Source: a virus
Virus record (IMG/VR): IMGVR_UViG_3300037424_000898
Coordinates: 1 to 64,000 of that record
Direction: 5' to 3' (one strand)
DNA: 64,000 nucleotides
Shown one piece after another: positions 51,242 to 60,896 of this stretch. The notes under the pieces are model-generated. The model saw nothing but the letters and a program-made list of their open reading frames with translations, did no database searches and was not told the origin of the DNA. Position 1 is the stretch's first letter; every line of letters starts with the position of its first letter. A program made the translations under genes and the position numbers.

Positions 51242-51810
51242 GTGACAAGACGACCGAGGACCTGGCGACGTATGTCGAGGTCCACTGCTGCGAGTACGAC
51301 GAACCGGGGGCCGCCCGCTACATCCCGCCCTGCCACGAGGCGCACCGCGGCGAGCAGACGTGCCGACCGTGCGAGGCTGCTGCCCGCCTGCGGGAGCAGG
51401 AGGCGGCGCTTGATCTGCACATTAAACTGCTCGACGACAAGACCGGCATTGCAGTGTCGAGCGATGCGCTGTGGGTCTTCATCGACGGCTTTGGCGAATT
51501 GGCAGTGAAGTACGGCAACCCCCATGAAGTCGTAAGGCGACTGGAGCGGGCTGAGGCTAAGGTGCGGGAACTGGAAGCTGCATACATCACGCTCTCGACC
51601 GGTACCGAGTCGGCGCTGAAGCAACGGCTGGTCCAGGCCGAGCGCGAGAGGGACGAGGCACAGGCCGGGGCAGACGCTGTTCTACTCATTCAGCGGGAGC
51701 GGCAAAAAGACCTAGCGGAAGCGTGGCGGAAACGGGACGAAGCGCTGGCGCGCATTAAGGCACTGGAGGCGGAGATCGCCGAGATGCGAGAACGTGATCT
51801 GTGGCGGTAG
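51238..51810 (+). CDS. Coiled-coil hypothetical protein
   Basis: ATGA overlap start. 190 aa. Confidence 0.5.
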   Translation: MSDKTTEDLATYVEVHCCEYDEPGAARYIPPCHEAHRGEQTCRPCEAAARLREQEAALDLHIKLLDDKTGIAVSSDALWVFIDGFGELAVKYGNPHEVVRRLERAEAKVRELEAAYITLSTGTESALKQRLVQAERERDEAQAGADAVLLIQRERQKDLAEAWRKRDEALARIKALEAEIAEMRERDLWR

Positions 51811-51826
51811 GGGAGGGGGTGAGGGA

Positions 51827-52441
51827 GTGAGGAATGGGAAAGGCGGGGACCATCAGGGCGTGACCGGCCTCGAACCTTACCGACCGCGGCCGGCCGCGAT
51901 TCGCGTGCTTCCGACGCACTATCGAAACCACCATTTTCGCAGCCGCCTCGAGGCCCGTTGGTGCGTGTGCTTTGATCGCCTCGAGCTGGAATGGGACTAC
52001 GAACCCGAGGGCTTCAGGCTGAAAGACGGGCTCCGTTACCTACCCGACTTCTGGCTGCCGCAAGTGCAGATGTGGGCCGAAGTCAAGCCGAACGACTATC
52101 GCGACCGAGTGAATCTGTCGGTTGACGCCATCAGAAAAGCCGCTGCCCTGGCTGAAGGTTCGAGGTTTCCAGTTCTCATTCTTGACGGTCCGCCGCGCGA
52201 CACGAACTACTGGGCCATCTGGCCCGACGACACCGATCCGATTGGGTGGGACTGGCATGACGTGGATCTGTTCGACGCGGACGCCTATCATCTGACCGAA
52301 CACCGGTTCTTCAGCGACACGGCCACGACCCTCTATCCTGACCATTGCGCCGAGGGCGAATTGGCACCGGGACGTCCGACGCATCCAGCCATTGTGGCGG
52401 CCTGTTCAGCTCGGTTCGACCGCCGTGGAACACCCCAATGA
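51827..52441 (+). CDS. PD-(D/E)XK-like nuclease domain protein
   Basis: FRSRLEARWCVCFDRLELEWDYEPEGFRLKDGLRYLPDFWLPQVQMWAEVKP. Start uncertain (51794, 51827 or 51860). Confidence 0.5.
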   Translation: MRNGKGGDHQGVTGLEPYRPRPAAIRVLPTHYRNHHFRSRLEARWCVCFDRLELEWDYEPEGFRLKDGLRYLPDFWLPQVQMWAEVKPNDYRDRVNLSVDAIRKAAALAEGSRFPVLILDGPPRDTNYWAIWPDDTDPIGWDWHDVDLFDADAYHLTEHRFFSDTATTLYPDHCAEGELAPGRPTHPAIVAACSARFDRRGTPQ

Positions 52442-54525
52442 GCCTTGAGACGGTTCTCGCCCGGTGCGCCCGTAAGCGGCAGATTTCGACAGGCTGGATG
52501 GTTTGCTGCCCGTGTCATGAGGATACTAAGGCCTCGTTGTCCATCTCGGTTGGTGAGGACGGGCGGGTGCTCTTGCACTGCCACGCCGGCTGTGCGCCCG
52601 AAGGCATTGTCGCAGCGCTCGGCTTGGAGATGCGCGATCTGTTTCCTTTGGACTCGGCTCGATCCGCGGCGCACATCGCGTACGACTATCGGGACGAACA
52701 TGGGAATCTGCTGTACCAGTCGATCAGATTTTGCAGCAATGGCGCCAAGGACTTTCGGCAACGGCGGCCAGACGGTGCGGGCGGGTGGATCTGGAAGATG
52801 CAAGGCGTGCGTCGGCTGTGCTATCGACTGAACAAGCTGCAGGGAAAGGAGGCGATCGTCATCGTAGAAGGCGAAAAGGACGCCGACCGGCTCTGGAGTA
52901 TCGGCTTGCCGGCCACAACGAACAGCGGCGGCGCGGGGAAGTGGCAGGAGGATCTGACAAAACAGATTGTGGCGGCGGGCGCCAAGCGAATCGTGGTGCT
53001 GCCCGACAACGATCCCCCGGGAGAGGCTCACGGCCGACAGGTGGCCCGGTCCTGTCACGATGCTGGACTGTTCGTGAAGCTACTTCCCCTACCCGACCTC
53101 CCCTCCAGGGGGGGAGATGTCAGCGATTGGCTGGATGCGGGGAAGACGAAGGCGGAACTGCTGAGCCTGATCCGTAATGCCCCTCCGTTCAATCCCGACG
53201 CACATCTGGTGGCGAAGTCAGTCAGCCTTGAGCTGACATCCCTCTCAGAACTGCTCTCAGAGCCCGACGACGCGATTCAATGGCTGGTCGAGGATCGCAT
53301 CCCCTGGGGCTCCGTGGTGCTGCTGGCGGGCAAGCCAAAGGCCGGCAAGAGCGTACTGGCGCGGAACCTGGCTTACGCCGTGGCGACCGGACACCGGTGG
53401 CTTGGCCATCCGACGGAATCGGGCACCGTCTGGTACCTGGCGCTCGAGGACAAGCGCTCGGAACTCCGGCGACACTTTCGGATGATGGGAGCCCGGGCCG
53501 AACAGGATGTGCCGATCAAGATCCTGACGGGACAGGCGCCAGAGGACATCCTGCGGAAGCTGCACGAGCTGGCCGCGAAGGACAAGCCGGCCTTGATCAT
53601 CGTGGACACCCTGCAACGGTTGATTCAAGCGAAGGACATGAGCGACTACGCGGAGGTGACAACTCGGTTCGCGCCGATCTTGAAACTGGCGCGGGACACG
53701 AATGCCTCCGTCATGGTCGTCCATCACGCGAAGAAGGCGGGTGAGGGCATGGATGCCATCCTTGGTTCCACGGCTCTCGCCGGCAGCGTGGACAACGTGT
53801 TCATGCTGAGTCGAGGGGAACAGTACCGGAGCCTGAGCAGTATTCAGCGCATCGGGGACGACCTTGAGCCAGCCGTCGTGATGATGGACAAGGATACCGG
53901 CCATTGCTCCCTGGCTGGGTCCGAAAAGGACATGAAGACGAACGATGCGGCCGCCAAGCTGCTTGAGGTGCTGAACGGCCAAGCGGAACCGGTGACAGAG
54001 CGGTGGCTCCGCGACCAGGTCGAAGCGCACCCGACCGACCAGGCGCGGGCGCTCCGGACGCTCTTCCGCCGAGGCCACGTCCAGCGCTCAGGCGCCGGAA
54101 AACGAGGCGATCCGTTCGTCTATCAGGCTGTGGTAAATCAGCCACACCCTGATACGGAGCGTATCAAGATTTCTGGTTCACGCGATCTTGAAAAATCGCC
54201 TTTAGACCTGAACCAGAAAAAGCTGTTGGAAACAAACGACTTAAGCCCTAAATCCATTTCTGGTTCAAGTGGTTCTATAAGGTACCTAGATCCAGAGAAC
54301 CACCTTTTTCCCGATCCGGCCAGCGCCGACCTCGCGCCGGTACGTACAGCTGCTGAGGGGCATCTACGGTTGGTTGCTACGTCAGAGGTAAAAACTGGTA
54401 CGACTGGGCACCAGCGAACCAGAATAGAACCAATCGCGACAAGTGTCTATTCTGGTTCCGAGGACTACGAACGGGCCGGTTTCACGCCGGAGCCGACCGA
54501 AGGGGAGGACGATGATGGTGTCTGA
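52438..54525 (+). CDS. Bifunctional DNA primase (Zn-finger plus Toprim) / RepA-like (AAA_25) helicase
   Basis: CCPCHEDTKASLSI..LHCHAGC; Toprim motifs VIVEGEKDA and VLPDNDPPGEAH; Walker A LLAGKPKAGKS; Walker B LIIVDTL; VMVVHHAKK. Confidence 0.85.
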   Translation: MSLETVLARCARKRQISTGWMVCCPCHEDTKASLSISVGEDGRVLLHCHAGCAPEGIVAALGLEMRDLFPLDSARSAAHIAYDYRDEHGNLLYQSIRFCSNGAKDFRQRRPDGAGGWIWKMQGVRRLCYRLNKLQGKEAIVIVEGEKDADRLWSIGLPATTNSGGAGKWQEDLTKQIVAAGAKRIVVLPDNDPPGEAHGRQVARSCHDAGLFVKLLPLPDLPSRGGDVSDWLDAGKTKAELLSLIRNAPPFNPDAHLVAKSVSLELTSLSELLSEPDDAIQWLVEDRIPWGSVVLLAGKPKAGKSVLARNLAYAVATGHRWLGHPTESGTVWYLALEDKRSELRRHFRMMGARAEQDVPIKILTGQAPEDILRKLHELAAKDKPALIIVDTLQRLIQAKDMSDYAEVTTRFAPILKLARDTNASVMVVHHAKKAGEGMDAILGSTALAGSVDNVFMLSRGEQYRSLSSIQRIGDDLEPAVVMMDKDTGHCSLAGSEKDMKTNDAAAKLLEVLNGQAEPVTERWLRDQVEAHPTDQARALRTLFRRGHVQRSGAGKRGDPFVYQAVVNQPHPDTERIKISGSRDLEKSPLDLNQKKLLETNDLSPKSISGSSGSIRYLDPENHLFPDPASADLAPVRTAAEGHLRLVATSEVKTGTTGHQRTRIEPIATSVYSGSEDYERAGFTPEPTEGEDDDGV
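54171..54458. repeat. Candidate replication origin: five copies of the 9-mer TTCTGGTTC/GAACCAGAA in an AT-rich patch inside the 3' end of the primase-helicase gene
   Basis: Direct copies at 54171, 54258 and 54450. Inverted copies at 54210 and 54416. Partial copies lie nearby. The local base composition is visibly AT-richer. Confidence 0.5.
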
Positions 54526-54724
54526 GCCTTGCCGACGATGCGGACAGGCCGTGACGGTGGATGGAGGCTACGCGCCGATCTACTGTGGCGACTGTCTTGA
54601 GGATGTACGCATGGCTGCGCGGAAGGGCGGGCAGCGGTCGGGTGAAGTCCGCCGCGAGATTAGTGCGCGTCGCCGGGCCAAGCGAGGCGACAAGTCCCGG
54701 CCTCGTCCGGGCGAGGAGGCGTGA
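54515..54724 (+). CDS. Small zinc-ribbon basic protein
   Basis: AGGGGAGGA RBS. Contains CRRCGQ...YCGDC. Confidence 0.5.
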   Translation: MVSEPCRRCGQAVTVDGGYAPIYCGDCLEDVRMAARKGGQRSGEVRREISARRRAKRGDKSRPRPGEEA

Positions 54725-55074
54725 TGGCTGAGACCGAGGATCGACTGGCGGCAATCGAGGCGCGGCTGAAGGCGACTGGTCCCGCGCGCTGGTTTTACGA
54801 GAATCAACTGATCAAGCGCGACGACCAGAGGGTTACGTGGGTGTGCGAGGTTGTGGGGTCGGCCGCCAATCCTGAACACCAAGCGGACGCCAACCTCATT
54901 GCCCATGCACCCGACGATCTGGCGTGGTGCATCAAGGAGATTCGACGATTACGAGTGTTCGAGGCTCGCGTGCGGGCTGGATGGCGACTGACCGGGTTTC
55001 ACGAAGGGAGTGCCGATGGACCCGAGCTATGGACTGTCGCGCAGATAGACATCCCATCAGGAGACGGCCAGTGA
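54721..55074 (+). CDS. Hypothetical protein
   Basis: GTGATG overlap start. 117 aa. Confidence 0.5.
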   Translation: MMAETEDRLAAIEARLKATGPARWFYENQLIKRDDQRVTWVCEVVGSAANPEHQADANLIAHAPDDLAWCIKEIRRLRVFEARVRAGWRLTGFHEGSADGPELWTVAQIDIPSGDGQ

Positions 55075-55405
55075 TCAGCCTGACCGTGGTGTGGGACGGC
55101 ACGCCTCGCTATGCGCTGCCGGGGCTCAAGCCGGGCAGCCTGTTGTGCGACAGGGCCGAGCGGCGCGACAGCCGGTTCGACCAGGAAGCCACGTCGGATG
55201 CCCGGAGCCATGAGCCGAAACGCGCTGGGCGACGGCGGGGACCGCAACCGCGGCGCTACCGTCGCCTCGCTGGACCCTGGGCATGAGGACGCCAAGCAGC
55301 GGCGCGAATCGGGAGCGCATTTTCCCCCTCGACAACTCCCCACCTCATGCGGTATACCGTATGGTAGTGCTCGACCCGTAAACCAAAGGAATCAATCGCA
55401 ATCAA

Positions 55406-55690
55406 ATGCCGAGAGGGGGCTCGCGGCCTGGTTCGGGACGGAAGCCCGGGTCGAAAACACGGGCCGGCGCGGATGCGCGCGTTGATGTCCGCATTCTCGC
55501 GGCGGCTTACACTAAGGACGCGCTCGCGGCGCTGGTCGATATCGTGAGGGATCCCAAGAGCCCGGCTGCGGCCAAGGTTATGGCGGCCCGAGAACTCCTC
55601 GACCGCGGTTGGGGCAGGGCGATGCAAACCCATGAGTTGACAGGCGCCGAGGGCGGCCCGCTGATCATCCAATGGCAGAGCGAGTCGTAA
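55406..55690 (+). CDS. terS: Terminase small subunit
   Basis: MPRGGSRPGSGRKPGSKT... followed by a helical domain. It lies directly upstream of terL and overlaps it. Confidence 0.65.
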   Translation: MPRGGSRPGSGRKPGSKTRAGADARVDVRILAAAYTKDALAALVDIVRDPKSPAAAKVMAARELLDRGWGRAMQTHELTGAEGGPLIIQWQSES

Positions 55691-56967
55691 CCATCCCGTA
55701 CGCCCCGCGTCCTCAGCAGCGCGAGATTCACGCCGCGCTGGCCTCGTATCGGTGGGCCGTCGCGGTCTGTCATAGGCGAATGGGCAAGACCGTTGCGGCG
55801 GTGAACCATCTACAGCGGATGGCGCTGACTCTCCACCGTCCCCGGCCTCGCTTCGCGTACCTCGCTCCGACCTACCGCCAGGGCAAAGCTATCGCGTGGG
55901 ATTACATGATTCACTACGCGATGCCGATCCCGGGTGTCGAGGTCAACAACACGGAGCTGCGGATCGACTACCCGAACGGTGGGCAGGTTCGCATCTATGG
56001 CGCTGACAACCCGGACAGCCTGCGCGGAATCTACCTCGATGGCGTCGTGCTGGACGAGTACGGTCTCCACCCGCCGGCGGTGTTCACAGAAGTGCTCAGG
56101 GCGACACTCGCCGACCGCGAGGGCTGGGCCTGCTTCCTTGGCACGCCGAACGGCAAGAACCAGTTCTACGACATCGTGCAAGTGGCGAAGACTGAGCCGG
56201 GCTGGTGGTTCGGCGAGTTCAAGGCGTCTGACACGGGCATCTTGAGTCCGGAGGAGCTTGCCGCAGCACGCCAGGTGATGACGGCGGACGAGTACGCGCA
56301 GGAGTTCGAGTGTTCCTTCGAAGCGGCGGTCAAGGGCGCCATCTACGCGGCGGAACTTCAGACGGCCCGCGAGCAGGGGCGCGTGACGGCTGTGCCGCAC
56401 GAGCCCATCCTGCCGGTCGACACGTACTGGGATCTAGGCATCGGGGACAGCACGGCCATCTGGTTCGTGCAGAGTCTACGGTCGGGCGAAGTGCGGCTGA
56501 TCGACTACTACGAACAGAGCGGGGAAGGGTTGCCGCACTACGCCGCTGTCTTGCAGGCGCGTGGCTACGTCTACGGGACGCACTATGCGCCGCATGACAT
56601 CCAGGTGCGCGAGCTCGCCTCGGGACGGTCGAGGCTGGAGGCGGCGGCGAGTCTGGGGATCCGGTTTCAGATTGTGCCGACCGTGCCGGTGGAGGACGGG
56701 ATCCATGCGGGGCGGATGCTGTTCCCGCAGTGCTGGTTCGATGCGGCCAAGTGCAAGGCTGGCCTCGAAGCGCTGCAGCACTACAAGCGGGATTACAACA
56801 GCCGCCTGAACGAGTTCAAACCGCAGCCGCTTCACGATTGGGCGAGTCACGGGTCGGACGCGTACCGCATGCTGGCGGTGCAGCACCGGGTTCCTATTGA
56901 GCGTAAGCAGCGCGAGGAGCGCCGCTACATGGACCCGATGGCTGCGGGACAAGGGTGGATGCAGTGA
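55672..56967 (+). CDS. terL: Terminase large subunit
   Basis: Walker A-like CHRRMGKT; LDGVVLDEYG (Walker B); C-terminal nuclease motifs (DLGIGDSTAIWF, HDWASHGSDAYR). 431 aa. Confidence 0.85.
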   Translation: MAERVVTIPYAPRPQQREIHAALASYRWAVAVCHRRMGKTVAAVNHLQRMALTLHRPRPRFAYLAPTYRQGKAIAWDYMIHYAMPIPGVEVNNTELRIDYPNGGQVRIYGADNPDSLRGIYLDGVVLDEYGLHPPAVFTEVLRATLADREGWACFLGTPNGKNQFYDIVQVAKTEPGWWFGEFKASDTGILSPEELAAARQVMTADEYAQEFECSFEAAVKGAIYAAELQTAREQGRVTAVPHEPILPVDTYWDLGIGDSTAIWFVQSLRSGEVRLIDYYEQSGEGLPHYAAVLQARGYVYGTHYAPHDIQVRELASGRSRLEAAASLGIRFQIVPTVPVEDGIHAGRMLFPQCWFDAAKCKAGLEALQHYKRDYNSRLNEFKPQPLHDWASHGSDAYRMLAVQHRVPIERKQREERRYMDPMAAGQGWMQ

Positions 56968-56984
56968 GTCCGCAGGAGGAAGGG

Positions 56985-57194
56985 ATGAACGGAACTGTGG
57001 CGACGGATGACGTGGACGTTGCGGTTTGCGGCCGGTGTAAGACGCGGTACGTGCGACCTATTCAGCGGGCGCGGTTCACGAGGTTGTGCGGGCTCTGCAA
57101 GGCGAGGCTAGGCGTTGGGACCACCGTCAGGGCCCTACGAGAGGCATTCCCGGGCAAGTTGGTCTATGACATTGAAGGTCGGCCTTCAAGTTAG
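56985..57194 (+). CDS. Small Cys4 protein
   Basis: GCAGGAGGAAGGG RBS. Contains CGRCKT...CGLCKA. Confidence 0.45.
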   Translation: MNGTVATDDVDVAVCGRCKTRYVRPIQRARFTRLCGLCKARLGVGTTVRALREAFPGKLVYDIEGRPSS

Positions 57195-57220
57195 AACATC
57201 GTGCGGCTTGAGAGGACATC

Positions 57221-57454
57221 ATGAACCAAACACCGACGCCCGTTCCAACTCGCACCATAGTGACGCTACGTCTCGGTGGGCAGGTTGTTGGAACGTGCGA
57301 AGTGCTGACAGACGACAAGCTGAGACGGCCCGCCGATGACATCCTGCGCGCCTGCTGGTATCGCGGGTATATGGCTGGCCGGAGAGACGCGCGGAAGCTG
57401 TGGACGCCGCCTTTGCCGAGCGCGGGGCTTGAAGAGGACACAGAGGACTCATAG
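57221..57454 (+). CDS. Small hypothetical protein
   Basis: 77-aa ORF. Confidence 0.4.
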   Translation: MNQTPTPVPTRTIVTLRLGGQVVGTCEVLTDDKLRRPADDILRACWYRGYMAGRRDARKLWTPPLPSAGLEEDTEDS

Positions 57455-57456
57455 CG

Positions 57457-57684
57457 ATGAGCGCGACCGTGATGAAGGAAGGCCGGCGTCAGGTGCGGCG
57501 CGTGCTGGGCGAGGACGCTTGGCGCGTGCTGCAGCAGCAGCAGACCCAGCAGCAGGCGGTGGGCGTGGCGCTGCAGGCGTTTGCGGAGCGGATTGACGGG
57601 CTGAGCAAGCGGGTCGAGGCGGGCGAGGCGTTCCAGAAACGCGGACTGTGGGCGCGGTTGACGTGGCTGGTGAGGGGACGATGA
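57457..57684 (+). CDS. Small hypothetical protein
   Basis: 75-aa ORF. Confidence 0.4.
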   Translation: MSATVMKEGRRQVRRVLGEDAWRVLQQQQTQQQAVGVALQAFAERIDGLSKRVEAGEAFQKRGLWARLTWLVRGR

Positions 57685-57989
57685 GCGATGCAGCCGACAA
57701 GCCGAGTCAATCTGGCACTCCAATCCTCTGCCCGAAATGTGGGGCCAACCTTTGGAGGACCTGCGAACTTCAGAATGTGGGTTCGAATGTCGTCCGGTAT
57801 ATGGCCTACTGCATTCGTTGCGGACATGGGCGTTGTTACGCAACGGTCATAATCGGAGACGGAGACGAAGAGCAGAGGAGTAGCGATGCCTCTGAAGCAC
57901 GGTTCCTCGAAGGCGACGGTCAGCGCGAACATCAAGGAGATGGTCAAGGCGGGCCATCCCCACAAGCAGGCGGTAGCGGCGGCTCTTGA
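57681..57989 (+). CDS. Zinc-ribbon protein; 3' extent uncertain
   Basis: ATGA overlap start. Contains CPKCG...CIRCGH. The last ~100 nt overlap a better-supported small gene in another frame. Confidence 0.4.
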   Translation: MSDAADKPSQSGTPILCPKCGANLWRTCELQNVGSNVVRYMAYCIRCGHGRCYATVIIGDGDEEQRSSDASEARFLEGDGQREHQGDGQGGPSPQAGGSGGS

Positions 57990-58032
57990 CACGGCGCGGC
58001 GGACAGGCCACGGCAAGGGCCGGAAGGGCTGA
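57886..58032 (+). CDS. Small conserved basic protein (DUF6496-like; 48 aa, below the ORF-track cutoff)
   Basis: AGAGGAG RBS. Hand translation: [48 protein letters not shown]. It matches a remembered small phage/bacterial family (KxGSSxxxxSxNIxxxxxxGxPxKQAVAIAL). Confidence 0.55.
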   Translation: MPLKHGSSKATVSANIKEMVKAGHPHKQAVAAALDTARRTGHGKGRKG

Positions 58033-58035
58033 ATC

Positions 58036-58206
58036 ATGGCAAAATCTCAACCTGTGAAGCAGAGTCACCCGCGCCGGTCGAAGGACCGCGACCTGCCGCT
58101 GCCGCCGGGCGCCCAGCCGGACCCGCGGCTGAAGCAGAGCAACTACGGGAAGATCAAGCGCGGGCTTGCTGGTCTGGCAGCGTTCGACAAGATCGGGAAG
58201 AAGTAG
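58036..58206 (+). CDS. Small basic protein (56 aa, below the ORF-track cutoff)
   Basis: Hand translation: MAKSQPVKQSHPRRSKDRDLPLPPGAQPDPRLKQSNYGKIKRGLAGLAAFDKIGKK. Confidence 0.35.
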   Translation: MAKSQPVKQSHPRRSKDRDLPLPPGAQPDPRLKQSNYGKIKRGLAGLAAFDKIGKK

Positions 58207-58207
58207 C

Positions 58208-60460
58208 ATGGCCGAAGCCTTTCCTGCTGGCGCGCTGACGCTCTATACCGAGGGTGAGCCGGTCGAGGACCGCGAGGGCGACGCCGTCCGGCAGCAGGCT
58301 CGCCACGAGTTCCTCGAGACGGCGAAGAAGCGCTGGCGCCTGGTCTCGGATGTCGAGGCCACGCTCCGCGAGGCGATGCTGGACGACTTGCGCTTCCTCC
58401 AGCCGGGTGGGCAGTGGCCCGATGCGATCAAGAAGCAGCGGTCCATCCCCGGGCAGGAGCGACCGTGTCTTGAAGTGGACAAGCTCTCACAGCCGATCAA
58501 GCAGGTCATCAACCAGGCGCGGCAGACGCGCCCGGGCATCCGGGTGTCGCCACAGGACGACTTCGCGGACCCCGAGGTCGCTGAAGTGCTCCAGGGCATG
58601 TGCCGGGTCATCGAGGTCAACTCGGACGCGGACGTGGCGTATGACACGAGCGTGGGCCACGAGGCGAAGATGGGCCGGGGCTGGCTGCGGGTGGTGACGG
58701 AGTACGAGAGCGAAGAGAGCTTCAATCAGGTCGCCAAGATCAAGCGCGTGCGGAATCCTTTCAGCATCTACATGGACCCGAGCGCGGTGGAGTTCGACGG
58801 CTCCGATGCGCGGTACGCGTTTGTCATCGAGGATCTGACGCAGGAAGAGTTCGACGCGCGGTATGGCGAGGGGAGCGCGGCGAAGTCCCTGACCGAGTTC
58901 GAGACGGTCGGCAACCGCTTGGATGCAGCGTGGTATCCAAAGCCGCGAGTGCGTGTCGCCGAGTACTTCTACCGGGAGGACGAGGACGCCACGCTGGTCG
59001 AGACCGAGATGGGGCCGCGTCTGATCCGGAAGGGCGAACCTGTGCCGCTGGGGATGCGGAGTCGCAAGCTGCGGGTGCCGCGCATCAAGTGGGCGCTCAT
59101 CTGTGCGAACGACGTGTTGGACGGGAACGAGGATCGGACGGCTGGCCGGGACTGGCCGGGTCGTTGGATTCCCATCGTGCCGGTCATCGGCGATGAAGTG
59201 GACATCGACGGCGTCGTGGACTACCAGGGCATCACGCGGAAGGCGAAGGACGCCCAGCGGATGGCGAATTTTTGGAAGAGCTCGGCGACGGAGATGATCG
59301 CGCTTGCGCCGCGGGCGCCGTTCATTGCGGCGGAAGGGCAGTTCGAGGGGCACGAGGTCGAGTGGAAGCAGGCAAACGTCCGGAACTTCCCGTACCTCGA
59401 ATACAAACCGGTTTCGCTGGCTGGCACACTCGCACCGCCGCCGCAGCGGCAAGTGCTCGAACCGCCGATTCAGGCCATCATGATTGCCAGCCAGCAGAAC
59501 GAGAACGACATCCGGGCCGTGACGGGCTACGTCGACGTGCAGGCGGCGGAGAACCGGAGCGAGGTCTCGGGTCGCGCCATCCTGGCCCGGCAGAAGCAGA
59601 GCGAGCTCGGCAACTCTGACTACATCGACAACTTGGGGCGGGCGATTCGTCACCTTGGGCGCATTCTGATCGACCTGATCCCGCGGCTGTACGACGTGCC
59701 GCGGATCGTGCGGATTCTCGGGCTGGACGACAAGTCGCGGGCGGTGATGGTGCACGCGGGACAGCAGGGCGGTGCGCCACCGCAGCAGCAGCTTCCGCCG
59801 GGCGTCGAGGGGATCTTCGACTTGTCGGTGGGCAAGTACGACGTAACAGTGAATGTGGGGCCGAGTCACCAGTCGAAGCGCGAGGAAGCGGTCGAGGGCT
59901 ACTTGGCTCTGGCGCAGGCGGCGCCGCCCATCGTGCCTCTGACGCTGGACATCGCGGTCAAGAACATGGACTGGCCGGGCGCGGATGAACTGAGCGAGCG
60001 TCTGAAGAAGGCGCTCCCGCCGCAGCTACAGGACGAGCCAGAGGATGGTCCGCCGCCCATTCCGCCGCAGGTTCAGCAGCAGTTGATGCAGATGGACCAG
60101 ATGATTCAGGCGCTCACGGGCGCCTTGAATGAGGCGAAGGATGCGCTTGCGTCGAAGGAAATGGAGCTGACGAGCCGGGAGAAGATCGCGCAGATCAACG
60201 CGCAGACACAGATCGCCATCGCGGAGAGTAAGACGGAGAGTGCGGAGGCGATTGCGCTGCTCGGGGCGCGCATGAGCCAGATTGAGACGGAACTGGAGAT
60301 CGCGCAGAAGGACCGCGAGATGCGGTATGAGGCGGCGCAGGCGGAGGAGCAGGCCGACCGGGAAGACGAGCGGGCGGAGGTGAACGCGGACCGCGAGGAC
60401 AAGCGAGCGAAGGAAGCGGCCAAGGTGGCGAAGAAGCAGCCGGCGAAGGTGGGGGCATGA
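58208..60460 (+). CDS. Portal protein (P22-like)
   Basis: 750 aa. REAMLDDLRFLQPGGQWPDAIKKQR..RPCLEVDKLSQPIKQVINQ is typical of P22-type portals. Long charged helical C-terminal barrel. Confidence 0.85.
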   Translation: MAEAFPAGALTLYTEGEPVEDREGDAVRQQARHEFLETAKKRWRLVSDVEATLREAMLDDLRFLQPGGQWPDAIKKQRSIPGQERPCLEVDKLSQPIKQVINQARQTRPGIRVSPQDDFADPEVAEVLQGMCRVIEVNSDADVAYDTSVGHEAKMGRGWLRVVTEYESEESFNQVAKIKRVRNPFSIYMDPSAVEFDGSDARYAFVIEDLTQEEFDARYGEGSAAKSLTEFETVGNRLDAAWYPKPRVRVAEYFYREDEDATLVETEMGPRLIRKGEPVPLGMRSRKLRVPRIKWALICANDVLDGNEDRTAGRDWPGRWIPIVPVIGDEVDIDGVVDYQGITRKAKDAQRMANFWKSSATEMIALAPRAPFIAAEGQFEGHEVEWKQANVRNFPYLEYKPVSLAGTLAPPPQRQVLEPPIQAIMIASQQNENDIRAVTGYVDVQAAENRSEVSGRAILARQKQSELGNSDYIDNLGRAIRHLGRILIDLIPRLYDVPRIVRILGLDDKSRAVMVHAGQQGGAPPQQQLPPGVEGIFDLSVGKYDVTVNVGPSHQSKREEAVEGYLALAQAAPPIVPLTLDIAVKNMDWPGADELSERLKKALPPQLQDEPEDGPPPIPPQVQQQLMQMDQMIQALTGALNEAKDALASKEMELTSREKIAQINAQTQIAIAESKTESAEAIALLGARMSQIETELEIAQKDREMRYEAAQAEEQADREDERAEVNADREDKRAKEAAKVAKKQPAKVGA

Positions 60461-60693
60461 CGGCGTATCGCTACGTCATCGGCGTTCAACAGTGTCGCGC
60501 CTGCGGGTATTCGCAGCTTTCGGCGTGGCCGACCGACATCATTGGCGAGGAGTTACAGTGCGGCAACTGCGGCGAGCGCTTTGCCGTTCAAGCGGGGCCG
60601 GGCTACGTGCTTCCGGCGAGTGACGGATTGTCCGTGACGTGTGCGTATCAGCGGTTGGTAGACGAGAAAACGCGGGCAACGCTTCGGAACTGA
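60457..60693 (+). CDS. Small zinc-ribbon protein
   Basis: ATGA overlap start. Contains CRACG...CGNCG. Confidence 0.45.
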   Translation: MTAYRYVIGVQQCRACGYSQLSAWPTDIIGEELQCGNCGERFAVQAGPGYVLPASDGLSVTCAYQRLVDEKTRATLRN

Positions 60694-60698
60694 GAGCC

Positions 60699-60896
60699 AT
60701 GAAACCCTCGGCAACTTGCATGACGTGCCGATACTGGCAGTCCGAACAGGGCGAGAAGGTTCGCAAAGGGAACTGCCGGCGGTTCGCGCCGAGACCGGAT
60801 GTGTCGTTGAACGAGGCGTCAACGGCTCGCTGGCCCGTGACGCACATGCAGGACTGGTGTGGGGAGTACGTGGAGGCGAAGGTGGGAAAGGCATGA
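60699..60896 (+). CDS. Small Cys-motif protein, tandem paralog 1
   Basis: C-x2-[23 protein letters not shown]. Paralogous to the next gene. Confidence 0.5.
   Translation: MKPSATCMTCRYWQSEQGEKVRKGNCRRFAPRPDVSLNEASTARWPVTHMQDWCGEYVEAKVGKA

Noticed and set aside
55071-55286. 71-aa GTGA-coupled ORF after 54721-55074
   Set aside because: The first half is plausible, but the second half is an Arg-rich run typical of an off-frame translation. The region more likely contains regulatory or pac sequences upstream of terS. It was not listed as a feature.
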